This document shows, one piece after another, positions 35,796 to 49,575 of a DNA stretch of 64,000 bases (within the stretch, counting starts at the first letter, position 1; every line of letters begins with the position of its first letter). Made by a program: the position numbers and the translations under genes. This stretch comes from Eledone cirrhosa (taxonomy: Eukaryota). The stretch covers positions 120,156,001-120,220,000 of the forward strand of contig OZ024742.1 in the NCBI GenBank assembly GCA_964016885.1. Reading direction: 5' to 3'. The notes below the pieces were generated by a model, which did no database searches, was not told the origin of the DNA, and saw nothing but the letters and a program-made list of their open reading frames with translations.

Positions 35796-36095
35796 ATGAT
35801 GATGATGATTTGTTTATTAGCCACAAGGGCTTGCACATAAAATACAGTAAATATCATAAACATAGGGGTTAGGATACATGTGGGACTGGACAATCATCAT
35901 TATCATCCTCATTTTACGTCTGCTTTTCCCTGCTTGCAAGGGTGGGACATTGTTGTATAAAATGAGGGCAGGAGCAAGGGCATTATAGAAGAGACAGATA
36001 AATTTGATAAAACATAAGATAAGTATAAAAGTATTATAAAAAATATACAATAATTAAATAACATGTTTTTGTTACCCACCAACAGAGGGGAAACC
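35796..36095 (-). mobile_element. Tx1-like 3' end remnant with a nested short RTE-tail insertion
   Basis: TTTATTAGCCACAAGGGCTTGCACA matches 1726-1750; CATCATTATCATC..TGCTTGCAAGGGTGGGAC insert at ~35893-35950. Confidence 0.55.
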
Positions 36096-39000
36096 ACTAG
36101 TTAAGCCAATCATGCATTATGCTTCCTGGCTAGGCTAAAGTCTGTCTCAAGCCGGAAGGCTCGTTAGGCCGGTGCTTAACCCGGTTCCATGATATGAAGC
36201 AACTGAGAGTACAAGGCTCCCCTTGGACAGGATGCCACAGAGTTAAAACCCCAGTTATTGCTGGTACTCATTTTCAGCTGAACAACATGAAATAAAGTGT
36301 TTTGCTCAAGAACACACCATGCAACCCAGGAATTGAACCCACAACATTATGATCTTAAGTCCAACACCCTTAACATTAGACCTCACACTTCCACTTCCTG
36401 GGGATCACTGAAATCTCATGTAAGCATTTCTTCAATGGGTTCAACAAAAGCACCCTCATCTTCTGCACAAAAATATTTTATCTTTTTGTATACTACTTTT
36501 GTTTTTAGGATTAAGTAGGATTAAGAGTCTATCGAGCAGGAACTCTTGGTAGCAATCCTATATTTCTGTGTCCACCCACATATTGACATATTGACTGGGA
36601 TTCCTTCCTCCATTCTATACACTTTGTAAAACAACACAGTAATGTGTATATCTTAAGGAATCAAATTGTTTCATTTCTTATTTTTTTAAAAGATTTCTAA
36701 CAGAGCTGGCTTTGTGTGTTTTTCTATTTCTTTTCTACTCCTCAGTTTCATCCTCAATGGGAGGGGTGGTACTCCTCTTAAAGTAAGAACTTCAGCATCT
36801 TTCACTACTATCTCAGGTGCCTCAACATTGTCAAATCCAGGAACCGAGGATGAAGCAGATTTTCCTTAGAAATGGACCTGATGGTATGAGTTGATGGTGC
36901 TCCAAAAAGAGTAGCTCCAGGTATTTGCTTACTATTTGGCCTTTTTTTCAGCCCCTCAGGAAAGGGAGTTCCCAAATGGCTTTTGCTGCCGCAAGTGTAG
37001 CAAATGCACTTATTGCCTTGTCCCATCAGTCTTATTGCTTCTGACTCTGCACATATTGCAGGACAACGTTCTGGAATGGTCTTATGGTACTAAAGGGTCA
37101 AGAATACTTGCAAATCCATAAACTGACTTTTTCTGACCACATACCATTTCTCATTACTTTGGCACTTATTAAATACCTACATTGCTTAACAAAGGCAACT
37201 ATGACCTAGAGGTCAATATCATTTGCTATGTCTCTCACTTATCTTTATGATATGCTGATTCATATACTGGGGTAAAAGCTTATAAGTGGAAGTTATGTGC
37301 ACTATTTCTGCTTTTCTCTTCACTTCCTCTTTATTCCCTAAAGTTAGGTCCTATGAGCTTTGCCCTTTTCCATACTTAAAATCTTAGTCCAGATTTCTGA
37401 TAGTACCTCCTTAGAATTATTTTGTGAAAGGATAGAAACACTTCCCTCCCTTTATGAGACAAATTTAAATCAGTTTTATCTGTGCCTAATTCTAAAGTAG
37501 AATCTAAATGTAAAAGACTGCAGAAGTAGATCTTGGATGACTACTAGATAAGAGTTTTTTGTAGAATGAAGAAAACAATATGAAGAATATATTAATATAA
37601 ATAGTAACTGTGGTGCAGTCATTCTAGCCAACATAATAGAAATGTAAATTATATGAGTGTCTACACACACACACACACACACACAATATGACTGAAATAT
37701 TATATTGAACAGATATAGTTCTGTTTGTTTATATAATATAGAATTATTCTTGTAATAACAGAAAGCTTAGCTGCAATCAATGTAAAAGTAACTATATATT
37801 TGAAAAATAGTCAATTTTCTTGCATGAAAGAAACCAAACAAATAAATGTAAAAACAAAAGAAATTAAATAAACATAGAAACACTGATTAAATAGTAGTGA
37901 CTGCCAAAGAAAGAAATCTAGTGTGAGTCTTATCCAATTTATCAAAGAAAACTAAACAAATTCTGACCCTACCCAACACGCAAAATAAAAACAAAATTCT
38001 CGACATATTATTTATGAACAAGTGTGACCCGACCCTATCGTTAAGAATGATGACAGTTTTATTAATTATAGAGGATACTATATCTGTTCAAAATGATAGT
38101 GGAACTAGTGATAAATTTCTTACCTAAAGACATCACAGTCTGTATTCAATAGTAAAATATTACCAATAATTCATAACTGTAGCATGCTACCAGCTGAAAA
38201 ATTATGGATTTTATAAAAATGATAGATTTTTTACCTACATCATCTTTTAATGAACCACTTCAAAAAGATAGACAGGAGTTGGGAAGAAGAGAAAGAGTAT
38301 ATAGCAAAGTTTATGAAGATCGTCCCCAATCCACTGATCCTCCTCCTCTTTTACCACTACTACAGCAGTTTCTGTTTCTCTAAACTTCTTCTTGAGTCAT
38401 TCCTCTTTCAAAGGTGAAACATTCATTTTGCCTTTTCTAATGGATAGAATATATGCAGTTCCCCCTATCTACATAAACATCCACAGCAGTGATGTTGTCC
38501 AAAGGAAAGGCAATGGTTGATACAGCTTGGCAACAGTTACATTGCAACTCATTTCTAAAGTTGAGTGAACTGAAGCAACATGAAATAAAGTGTCATGCTC
38601 AAGGACACAATGTATCACTTTGTCTGTGAATCAAACTCACAACCTCCTGGTTACAAACCCAATGCTCTAACCACTAAGCCATGTGCCTTCACACCTAGCA
38701 GTATATCATCACTGACACATAATTCAGATACCTCTATCATCATCATCATCATATATAATGGGCCTCACCTCAAAAATCCACACAGAACTAACTCTTTGCT
38801 CAAACTTTTATCCCTAGACTTTGCTCACTGCTCATATTTTCTCTGACAAAAATCAACTTGCAAAAGCTCAAGCTGAACATTTGCCACATAAACTTCATGA
38901 AACTAGGAGGCTACTGGCTCACTTCTTTGACTAAAATAAAAACAAACCTATAGTATAATAAATATCAATCACACATGAATGTTACAATCAGACAAAAAAC

Positions 39001-39399
39001 TGGCCCCCAACATGTATATTTAGAATTCATGGAAGTCAAAAATATGTGTGTGTGTGTGTGCGCGCGCACACACATGTTGAAATGTTCTAAATCTTCTAAA
39101 ATGCTTTAATTCTTGCCAGAGGTCAGCCTTCTCTGACAACGCAATCTGTCTCTGTATATGTGCATGGGTGTATATATAAGCACACATGCACAAGGTGGAT
39201 GACAGCTGTGGGACATAGACAAATAAAACTGGTTGTTAAACATGCTTGTAAAAGTAGATGCAGACACTCACACATACATATAGCTCTTTGTTAAAGTAAA
39301 TGCAGACACACACAGGTACCCACACATGTCTGTGTTTAATAGCTCAATGAAAAAGAGATCAACGAAATAAGTAACAAACTTTTAAAAAATTTAACTCCA

Positions 39400-40652
39400 G
39401 CTGTTGTGACCAGCTTATCGAGTTCCTTGAAGACATTACCCGGATCACTGACAGCGGCTCATGGGTGGATGTTGTTTACCTTGTCTTCGCTTAGTCTTTT
39501 AATTCTGTGCCACACCAAAGACTTATGGTGAAACTATCTGCAATGGGTGTGAAGGATGATCTTTTTAACTGGTTGAAATCCTTCATTCTCAGCCGAAAAG
39601 AGGTAGTCACGGTTATAGGACAGCATTCTTCACCATATGAGATGTCATCTGGTGTACCACAGGGATCTGTTCTTGGTCCCCTTTTGTTTGTTGCATACAT
39701 TAATGACATAGATGCCAACTTAACGAATGCCACGGTACTGAAATATGCAGATGACATCAAGCTGTACCTTAAAATCAAAAGGATAGATCCTGAAATCTAT
39801 AACTCTTTCCTACAATCAGACCTGGAGACAAGTGTACCACCATGCATTTTGGGAGGAAAAATCCAGCGTCCATATACTCCCTCCACAACACTGATATCAA
39901 GAAATCCTTGTGAACGTGACCTGGGCATTACTGTCAGCAGCGATTTGCGTTGGACAAAGCACATCTCTAAGATTGGCAAGAAGGCCGCGGGTGTCTTGGC
40001 ATAACTCAGCAAGACCTTTGTTAGCCGCTCTCCAGCCATCTATTTAAAGCTGTATACAGCTATGGTACGACCACACTTGGAATTCGCATTATCAGTCTTG
40101 CTCAAACCATTGACCTCCTGGAAACTGTTCAGAGACGTGCAACCAAGCGCATACCCTCCATCAGACACCTACCATACTCTGAACGCCTTGCTTCCTTGGG
40201 CATGGATTCATTGAAGCTCCGATGTCTGGCAATGGACTTGGTAAACACCCACAAAGTTATTAACTATCTCACCAACAACAACCCTGAGCACCTTTTTGAA
40301 CTCCATGTGTCTAACACACGTGGACATGCCTACAAAGTCAGAAAACTGCACAGCTCCCATGACTTTCGGAAACATTTTTTCACGCTTAGAGTTGCTGAAG
40401 GATGGAACAAACTGCCTGCGTCAGTTGTTAGCTGCCGAGACACTGCATCCTTTAAAACCCTCATGCTCCCCGAAATTAGCCAAAACTACACCTGATGTCC
40501 CCCTTCCATACACATGCACACATGTGTATATCATAACTCATGCTCTGTTCATTTTCCTGACGTTTGGACATTACCCTATGTACTATACATACACTTTTGA
40601 TGAGTTGTAGTGCACCTGAGCACTGTACACAATATTTTCATTATTATTATTA
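39400..40652 (+). mobile_element. CR1-clade LINE 3' fragment
   Basis: SGVPQGSVLGPLLFVAYIND, KYADDIKLY, ERDLGI, VRPHLEFA, NTRGHAYK, FFTLRVAEGWNKLP; (ATT)n tail. Confidence 0.93.
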
Positions 40653-41249
40653 TAAAGTGGTGCCCCAGCATAGCTACAACCAATGATTGAAACCAGTAAA
40701 AGATTAAAAGAATTACAAGAAATTTATAAATTTTTCACACAACATTTTTAGAAGTGTTGTACTATAGTCAATATCAAGAATCTTAACCAAAACATTGAAT
40801 ATAACATCAGAATAACCTCAGTATATGAATCAACTAGGTTACACATGAAAACAAAAATGAAGGAGTAGCAGCTGTATATGTGTTTAATAAATTGTGAATA
40901 TGACTCTCTCAATATGTCATCATATATATTTGAACACAATTCTCATCAGTTCAACAATTATTTTCTTTAAAAATGATAGTTTCAATGAAAGAAAAGATTT
41001 GTACAGGTAAATAATTAAATACAAACTGACACTTGAATTTAAAATAAATAGAGTGGATATATATAAAATGTGATTTATTTAATCCATTTTCAAGGTTCTT
41101 TTGCATGTTTACTGAAGCAATAAAGACTTAAGAAGTGGTAAATTGTAGACATTAAGAACATTAAAGTGTTTAAGTCTATATGAAGAGCTATTAACGAGGC
41201 CATTCTTATGTATATTAAGAAGACTTTTCAGCTTCAATGACTAAAACAT

Positions 41250-42143
41250 ACATCATCATCATTATCGTTTAACGTCTATCTTCCATGCTAGCATGGGTTT
41301 AGACGGGAATTGTCCCATGTGAGGCAAGATTGGTCGTCTTGCTCGTATAGGACTGTCTGGCAGGTTTTCTACGGCTGGATGCCCTTCCTAACGCCAACCA
41401 CGTTTACAGTGTAGACTGGGAGGTTTTTACCGTGTTACCTACACGGCCACATTACAGCGTGGACTGTGTGTTTTTTTGTCGTGACACCTACACGACCTCA
41501 TTTATTTAGGACTGAATGTTGTGGTACCAACATAGCTTTACAGAGAAAGGGATGGTGTAGATGGGGGGGGGGGGGTATTTTTGGTTAGGAGGTGCCTACT
41601 GACTGTAGGTTTCGCTTTGTACTTAAGCAAGGCGGGTCTTCTGTGTTACTGCGTAGTGCCAAAGATCTCGGTCCAGTGACTTTGTCTTGGCGAGGTACAA
41701 GTGTGTAAGGTCTGAATTTATCAAATCGTCCCAGGTTTTTCTGGGTCTGCCTACTCCGTAGCTTCCATCTACTTTGATCGCCCTGCACTGTTTTATACAG
41801 CTGTCGTCTTTCATGCGCATCACGTGACCATACCAACGTAGTCTTCTCTCGAGTAAACAGCATCTGATCCCTCTTATTCCTAATTTCTCACTTAGTTCAT
41901 TTATGCTTTGCCGTTCACGTATATTACTATTACACATTCAACGGAGCATGCAAGCTTCATTCCTCTCCAGTCTGCGCAGATCCTCTGCACACAATGCCCA
42001 TGTCTCAATGCCATGTAACATTGCTGTTCGTATGCAGGCATCATACAGTCTGCCTTTCATTTTTAGGGAGAAACCTTTAGCGGCCAATAGTGGTATAAGC
42101 TCTCTGAACTTTTTTCATCCCGTTCTGACTCTAGCTACTGTAC
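41250..42143 (-). mobile_element. RTE LINE 3' fragment
   Basis: Same family as 43514-44448 but in the opposite orientation; (CAT)n at 41250. Confidence 0.95.
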
Positions 42144-42835
42144 AATATAAAATAACTGATTAACTAGCAGAAACAAATTTTTTTTTTTTTTTGCTGATCT
42201 TCATTTATTAAGAGCAAGACTAAACGTCACCCCATGGAATTCTTTCTGACTAATCTCAAGGTACCTTATTTATAGAGGGAGTAAAAATGGGCTGAATATG
42301 ATGTTTATGACTTTCTTACTAAAAATTGAAATTAAATAATGACTTTAAATGTTTTAGCTTTTATTTTATGGGTCACTTTGTTTGTTGTTGTTGCTTAGCT
42401 GTAGGTGAACCTTCGGGTAGACCTATAATCGAACTCCTAAAAAAGACTATCACAACTTTTTAGGAGTATGTAGGAAAATAGCCAGTAGAATCTTTCCTCA
42501 GCAGATGAAGGAACCCTGTAGAGATATCCTTGTTGTCTTGTCATTTTATCAGTATTCTTAACCCTCAACATCCTGTACCACATGAAACCGCATTATCAAT
42601 GCATTTTTTAAAAGTATAAAACAATATTATGATTGTAACGAAGGCTTTATTTAAGACAATGGAGTGTGATTTGAGGAGATTTGGTTATTACTTTTAACAG
42701 ATCAAGGAGCCCTGTAAAGACGCCCTTGTTGGCTTGTCATTTTATCAGTATTATTAACTCTTAATATTCTGAACCTTATGAAACAGCATTAGCAAGGCAT
42801 TCTTCAAAAATATAAAACACTATAACTGCATCACA

Positions 42836-42966
42836 TAAAAAATAAAAAATAAAAAATAAAAAATAAAAAATAAAAAATAAAAAATAAAAAATAAAAAATA
42901 AAAAATAAAAAATAAAAAATAAAAAATAAAAAATAAAAAATAAAAAATATAAAAAATAACAAAAAT
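42836..42966. repeat. (AAAAAAT)n heptamer array
   Basis: Direct reading. Confidence 0.95.
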
Positions 42967-43513
42967 AAATTTTTTTTAGTTTACTATGAACTTTCACAAA
43001 CATTTGAATTAACAAACCTATTTTTAGATTTTTCTGCTAAAACTGTACATGCTGTTAATGTGGGTATTACAATGAAAATAGTTACCTATATACGAGGAGA
43101 TTTTACAAAAAAAAAAAAAAAAAAATGTTCCACAGGCATTGAATAAAAGAAAATAAAACAATGCACATATTATGTAGTTTTCCACTATAAGAAAGAAATA
43201 GAGAAAGAGTTAGACATTTTGGACAATTGGTGCTTCAAGTGGAAAGGAAAGAGAAACAAATATTCCTTCCAAAATATATTTTCTCTCTCCTTTCCTGTTG
43301 AAGAACCATTGTCCAAAATTGTTTGGCTCAATTACTGGGCTTTTTTTTCTTCACAGTGAAAAATAAAAAAAAATAAAAACCAAACTAGTGTACTTTTGCA
43401 TTTTGTTGTTGTTGCTGTTGTTGTTGTTGTTGTTCCTGAGATCTTTTCACTACATTACCACTGCTGACAGACTATCAGATTACAGTAAATATATTATTGA
43501 AGAGAATATATTG

Positions 43514-44407
43514 AGTACAGTAGCTAGAGTCAGAACTGGATGGAAAAAGTTCAGAGAGCTTATACCACTATTAGCCACTAAAGGGTTCTCCCTAAAAATG
43601 AAAGGCAGGTTGTATGATGCCTGCATACGAACAGCAATGTTGCATGGCAGTGAGACCTGGGCATTGTATGCAGAGGATATACGCAGACTAGAGAGGAACG
43701 AAGCTTGCATACTCCGCTGGATGTGTAATAGTAAGATACGTGAACGGCAAAGCATAAGCGAACTAAGGAAAAAATTAGAAATAAGAGGGATCAGATGTTG
43801 TTTACTCAAGAGAAGGCTACGTTGGTATGGTCACGTGATGCGCATGAAAGACGACAGCTGTATAACAAAGTGCAGGGCAATAAAGATAGACGGTAGCTAC
43901 GGAGTAGGCAGACCCAGAAAAACCTGGGACGAGCTGATAAATTCCGACCTCACACACTTACACCTCTCCAAGACAATGTCACTGGACCGAGACCTTTGGC
44001 GGTACTCAGTAATAGAGAAGACCCGCCTTACCTAAATACAAAGTAAAACCTACTACAGTCAGTAGGCATCTCTAACAAAATTCACCCCCGTCCCACCACC
44101 CCCACCCCATCCACACCGCCCCTTTCAATGTAAAGTGTTATGTTGGTGCCACAACATCCAGGCCGAAACAAATGAGATCGTGTAGGTGTCACGACAAAAA
44201 AACACACAGTCCACGCTGTAATGTGGTCGTGTAGGCAACACGGTAAAAACCTCCCAGCCCCACATTGTAAATGTGGTTGGTGTTAGGAAGGGCATCCAGC
44301 TGTAGAAAACCCGCCAGACAGTCCTATGCAAGCAAGACAATCACTCTTGCCTCAAGTGGGAAAACTCCCGTCCAAACTCATGCAAGCGTGGAACACGGAT
44401 GTTAAAC

Positions 44408-44448
<41 letters not shown>
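43514..44448 (+). mobile_element. RTE LINE 3' fragment
   Basis: STVARVRTGWKKFREL..RRLRWYGHV..stop 44035; (GAT)n tail; possible duplication TATTGAAGA at 43495-43503 and 44449-44457. Confidence 0.95.
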
Positions 44449-44449
<1 letters not shown>

Positions 44450-45862
44450 ATTGAAGACCAAGGTTTGAGGTCTGGGTGTCTAGATATGCCATTTACATAG
44501 AAAAAAAACATGTATGCTCAAGTAAATGTTTCATGGGGAATTAGCAATTAACAGTTGCAAGCAGGGTTGCCTGTATCAAAGATGCCCCAAACCTAATGCT
44601 GCTCCAGTTTCTATAATACAAGACTATTTATATTAAAATATTTATATTTGTCTAAATAAAGCCCCATCCATTATAATATTACATAGGAACCTCAGTTAAG
44701 TTATTCTCCATACACTAGCATAATAATTAGAAAGTTACTAAATACCTCCAAATTCTTATTTTCAAAATTATTTGAAAATGATAGGCAACGCCTTTAATAC
44801 AGAAATACAGACAGAAACAGGGTTAAATTAAAGACGTTGCCGAAAAATAGGCTCACATGATGTCTTAACCAGCAAAGAAGTGAACTTTTAAGAATGACCA
44901 CTGACAGCAGTTACCTGTATACACTAGAGTGACAGCTATGGCAACAATGTCCACAGGTAAATGTACAAAACATCATCTTCCTCAGATTCTCAGGGATGTC
45001 AGAAATTTACAAAACTACTAATTCTAGAATCAATTACAAGTTTCATTAAAATTTCAAATGACTAGGAAGCTGATTTAACTGAATAGCTATTTCTATTTAT
45101 TTTCAGCTTAACCAGTAGTAGGTTTCATGTAAAATTAGTATATTTTGCTTTAATATCATATCATCTGCATAAATTGAGTTTATTTTTATATATACTTTTG
45201 AAAACTAAATATTCATTAAAAAAGATAATGTTGTGTGTCAAAAATACTTATGCCAATCAGGTAGTTAGTTATTAATAGATCTACTAGAATATGATGTGGC
45301 TTTCAGGAAGAAGCCAATACAGATTCTACATGGCTTAGTCTTCTGTTAATAAAAAACGATCGTGATAATATACTTCATTTTACTTGATTAATTTTTTTTT
45401 CTATTTTTAAAACCTATTTTCTATTCAGATTTTTTAGCTGAATATACAATGATTTTTCACAAAAGCAATTATAATTTCAAAATAAGGAAATTTGAGAATA
45501 TAATATGAAAAAATAAATCAGTCTATTAATATTTAAAATTCTTCCTTATCGACTGAGATATAATGCTTTACAAATATCCTAGGAAATAGCACAAAATATA
45601 AATTATGATCTATAGGACAAGCTGTTAATATTATTGGTGATATTCTAAATATGCAAAAGAAGAAAATATCTGAGTAGATAAATTATTGGAATACCTGCTC
45701 ATGGTGTCAGTTCATATTTGCTGCAGGTATAATTGTTAGATTCTCTAGGAATCATTCCTATAAAAATGGCTTCATTCATTCAGGTGCAAATTTATCTTAC
45801 TCTCTTACCATCACAAATTCCAGGGTTGACAACTGGATTATGATTTCCTAATATTATTCTAA

Positions 45863-46050
45863 GGGTGGTGGATTAGCAGTATCGGTAGAGGGTCGGACGC
45901 CATGCTTTGCAGCAAAGAGTTACAGCCCTTTATGGTCCGAGTTCAAATCCCGCCGAGGTTAACTTTGTCTTTCATCCTTACGGGGTCAATAAAATAAAGC
46001 ACGAGTTATGCACTAGGGTAATTGCTGGTCTTGTGCCAAAAGTAGAAACA
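45863..46050 (+). mobile_element. Full-length tRNA-derived SINE, same family as 31287
   Basis: A-box, B-box GAGTTCAAATCC, core, 3' GTGCCAAAAGTAGAAACA; flanked by TATTATT(C/T)TAA. Confidence 0.9.
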
Positions 46051-46297
46051 ATTATTATTTTAACACCTTACCAACTTTTATAACAGAAACTAGTAAAACT
46101 ATAAGGGGTTAACACTTTTGTGATCACATTTCTCACAAGAGAAGATATTCTCTATATAACTTTAAAAAAATAAAACTTTATCAAAATAAACTTTTCCCAT
46201 ATATTAAACTAGAGCATCTCTCTCCCCCTCTCTGCATGCACACACATACACAAAGTAAAACTTATATGCATATGTATGAATTTATAAACATATCTAA

Positions 46298-46500
46298 AGT
46301 AGTTGTGTAGACATCATGACAAAAAGCACCCAGTACATACTGTAAATGAGGTTGGCATTAGGAAGGACATCCAGCTGTAGAAACCAAGCCAGAATCAATT
46401 CTTTATGAGCAAGTCATGCTCACCTGATCTGGCATTACTCACAAGGAAACTTGTGTAACGTATGCTAAGCATGGAAAAATGGACGTTAAACGGTGATGGT
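46298..46500 (+). mobile_element. RTE-tail non-autonomous fragment
   Basis: GACAAAAAGCACCCAG..TTAGGAAGGACATCCAGCTGTAGAAACC..GGACGTTAAACG. Confidence 0.7.
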
Positions 46501-46519
46501 GTACATATACAAGTGTAGA

Positions 46520-46563
<44 letters not shown>

Positions 46564-48423
46564 ACTATATAGAGATTGATGGAGAAAGAAAAACAGTATT
46601 TTGTATCACAAGCATGTTTTAGAGTATTTCTGAATTGTTTAATCTTTGTGTTTCTTCCTTATCCAACTCCACTATAACTTTCATGAATCTTCCATGTTTT
46701 ATCTGATGGGGCAATGGACACACAAACCTTTGTCTGTGTATCATACTGGGATGAATCTGCATCTCTGCTAAATTTTGTTAAGAATTGTTCAGAAATGGCG
46801 ATGTTTCAAAACAAATAGTCAAGCTTTCATGCTTATGATATAACCCCCCCCCCCCCACACACACACACACACTCACACACACACTGACTCATACCAGTGC
46901 AGTAACAACTAACATAATATAAGCTTGAAGGAAATACTTCAATAGTAGCTAGTTCAGAAAATTTGGATAGTTAAGTAAAAATAAAGACAAAATAATGAAA
47001 GCAATGACAAAAACATAAAATTTATTTTTTATATTTCGCAATGTTTTTACGTGGGGGAGGAGCAATGGCTGCAAGCTATAAAGTGTTTATAGGAAGCAGA
47101 AATAGAGAAGAACCAAATCTGAATGTAACTTTGATGCTTTAATTCAAACTAATCCTATTTATGGCTGTCAGGAGAATTCTTACGATACTACAAAACAATA
47201 AACAATCGAAAATATCAAAGAAATGAACTGAAAAATTCAGGCCTACTCAGCTGCAATACTGTTTAAATATATTTTCCCAATCTAAATCCTTCTCTGAAGC
47301 CATTTTCCTAATTAATCTGAAGGTTAAAATATAAAACAGATATAAAAGATAAATGTAACTATTAGCATTTTTAAGTGTAATGAAGTTTGGGTTAAGTGGC
47401 ATCAAATAAACAAAAAGTAATTAAATAAAAAGTAAAAATGTAGCCATCTACAGTGGATGAGGAGGAGTTGTACTTGTAGATATTTGCAGTGGTTGAGAGT
47501 TTATTGATTAGTCAAATGTCTAAATGCAACTAATAATTGGAATTAATCTAAATATTATTCAACTATGAATTGTCAACATTCTCTGATGAAATCATGAAAT
47601 TATTTAAAGGAAAGGGAGCTTAAGTTGTTTGCTTGATAGTCATTATTGCTGAGCTAATAATCAGAGTCAAGCTTGCTTTCATAACACTGGAGAAGGGAAC
47701 TTTCTATTATAACTATCAATAAAATAGTAGTATTAAAAAATATATTTCTAGTTAGAACAGCAGCTATATCTTTTTGCAGGGTCTCTGAGACTGGGGAGAA
47801 AAATGGAGGACAAAGTGATATTTAGACTACAGAGATATGACTTAGAATACTTCCTATAGGGTTACTTCCACTAACAGCAGCCAATGGCCAGGTGGTGATG
47901 GGTGATGGTAGACAAGCATACAGATAAAATTTACACCCACAAATAGGAATAGTCGCTCCAGTTTTTGTCTACCCACTTTCACTCAAATGATTGGAGTTGA
48001 TTACACTTGCCCAAGGTGGTGAGCAGTGGAATTCGACCAAGAGCTGAAAAGTGAACTTGTCAACCACTTGACCACACCTGTGTCCATTGGATTTTATTTA
48101 ATATACTCTTGTCCTACTAAAAGAGCTTTGTGCTTAGTCAGGAGAGCACGATTTATATTAATGTGGTGTAACATGTTGCAGTGATCAGGTCTCAAATTAA
48201 ATTTAAAGCCTGGGAAAAACAACAAACCTCACAACTTCCATTTACTTCTTTTCTATTAATCTTTCTTCAATATCCAAAACATTTACTTCATCCATATAAT
48301 TTTCTATATATCTATAATAGGTCCACCCCTTTTCTGCTTTACACGTTTTGTATTATATAATGTTTTCATATCTGAGTGGCAAGAAAGAAACAACAACAGT
48401 TCTGACGGTGATAACTATGGCTA

Positions 48424-48475
<52 letters not shown>

Positions 48476-49045
48476 CCAGTGTCACCACAACTACTACTAC
48501 TACTACTAGAATTGCTAACTAGAAATATAGAGTGTACTATCAGGAAACAGTTACAACAATGAGGACAGCCATGCATATAGATAAAAACTGAACTCCAGAC
48601 ATTTAACATTACTTGTATTTATGGGTGAGTATAATTGGAATTCCTCATGTATATTATGGCTATAGAGATAAATGTGCACGATGTAAGTAGTCGCAGCAAA
48701 AACTATGACAACGACAACAAAAATATAATGGACATGACAATGATAATAATTTACATAGGACCATCCAGAAATAAATATACTTTTCTTGTGAAAATAATTT
48801 TTAGGTGGAGAGAAAATGTTACACTGGAGAAGGTGGTGAAGAAAGGCAGTAAAATTAATGGCTATGTTATCAGTGATGGTAGCACTGTGTGGTGTTACAG
48901 TGCTTATGGTAAGTGAGGGTCAGTTTATTAAGCACAGAATATTTAATACAACACTGACGCAGGGCATAGTCTAGCCTTATTGTGAAAACTACTTTTGTGG
49001 TGTGGACCAAATTTAGACAAAATGCTTGTGGAGACTGATGCACAC

Positions 49046-49047
<2 letters not shown>

Positions 49048-49121
<74 letters not shown>
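49048..49121. repeat. (GA)n microsatellite
   Basis: Direct reading; others at 46524-46559 (GA)n and 48435-48475 (CAT)n. Confidence 0.95.
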
Positions 49122-49123
<2 letters not shown>

Positions 49124-49544
49124 CTGAATCAAAACAGTGTATGAGTTGATTTCTATTAATGAGAATTCTTCTATGGCTAACATTTAAAAATAGGCAAGTT
49201 AACAATAATGAGAAAATTCAGACAGGATGGAGTTTTTTGTCATGTATAGCATGACTAAATCAATTGATAGGTGGTTTTATAGCTTTTTCAAACCTAAATT
49301 CACTTGAGGGTTCAGACTTTCTCCAGCTGAACAGGCTGCCAAATTGAATAGACATATTTCCTATGTGGTTGGTAATCCACGGATATATTTACGATGTAAA
49401 ACATAAAAGCCATAGAGATTTGTCACGGGAATGGGAATACAAAGCTCAAATGTGTAACAATGCCTTAATAACAGTCTACAATTTTGAAGGGAAATATTTG
49501 TCTGAAAAGCAATGCAGCAATGTCAGCAGTTCCTCAGATACTGT

Positions 49545-49575
<31 letters not shown>

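Noticed and set aside
42513-42790. Diverged ~70-bp direct duplication (similar cases at 3390-3441 and 49640-49985)
   Set aside because: Ordinary local duplications with no further structure seen.
42776-43015. Hydrophobic FYFLFFI-repeat ORF
   Set aside because: Translation of the (AAAAAAT)n array.
45863-45955. tRNA gene
   Set aside because: A and B boxes are present but continue into a SINE core and tail; no convincing cloverleaf.
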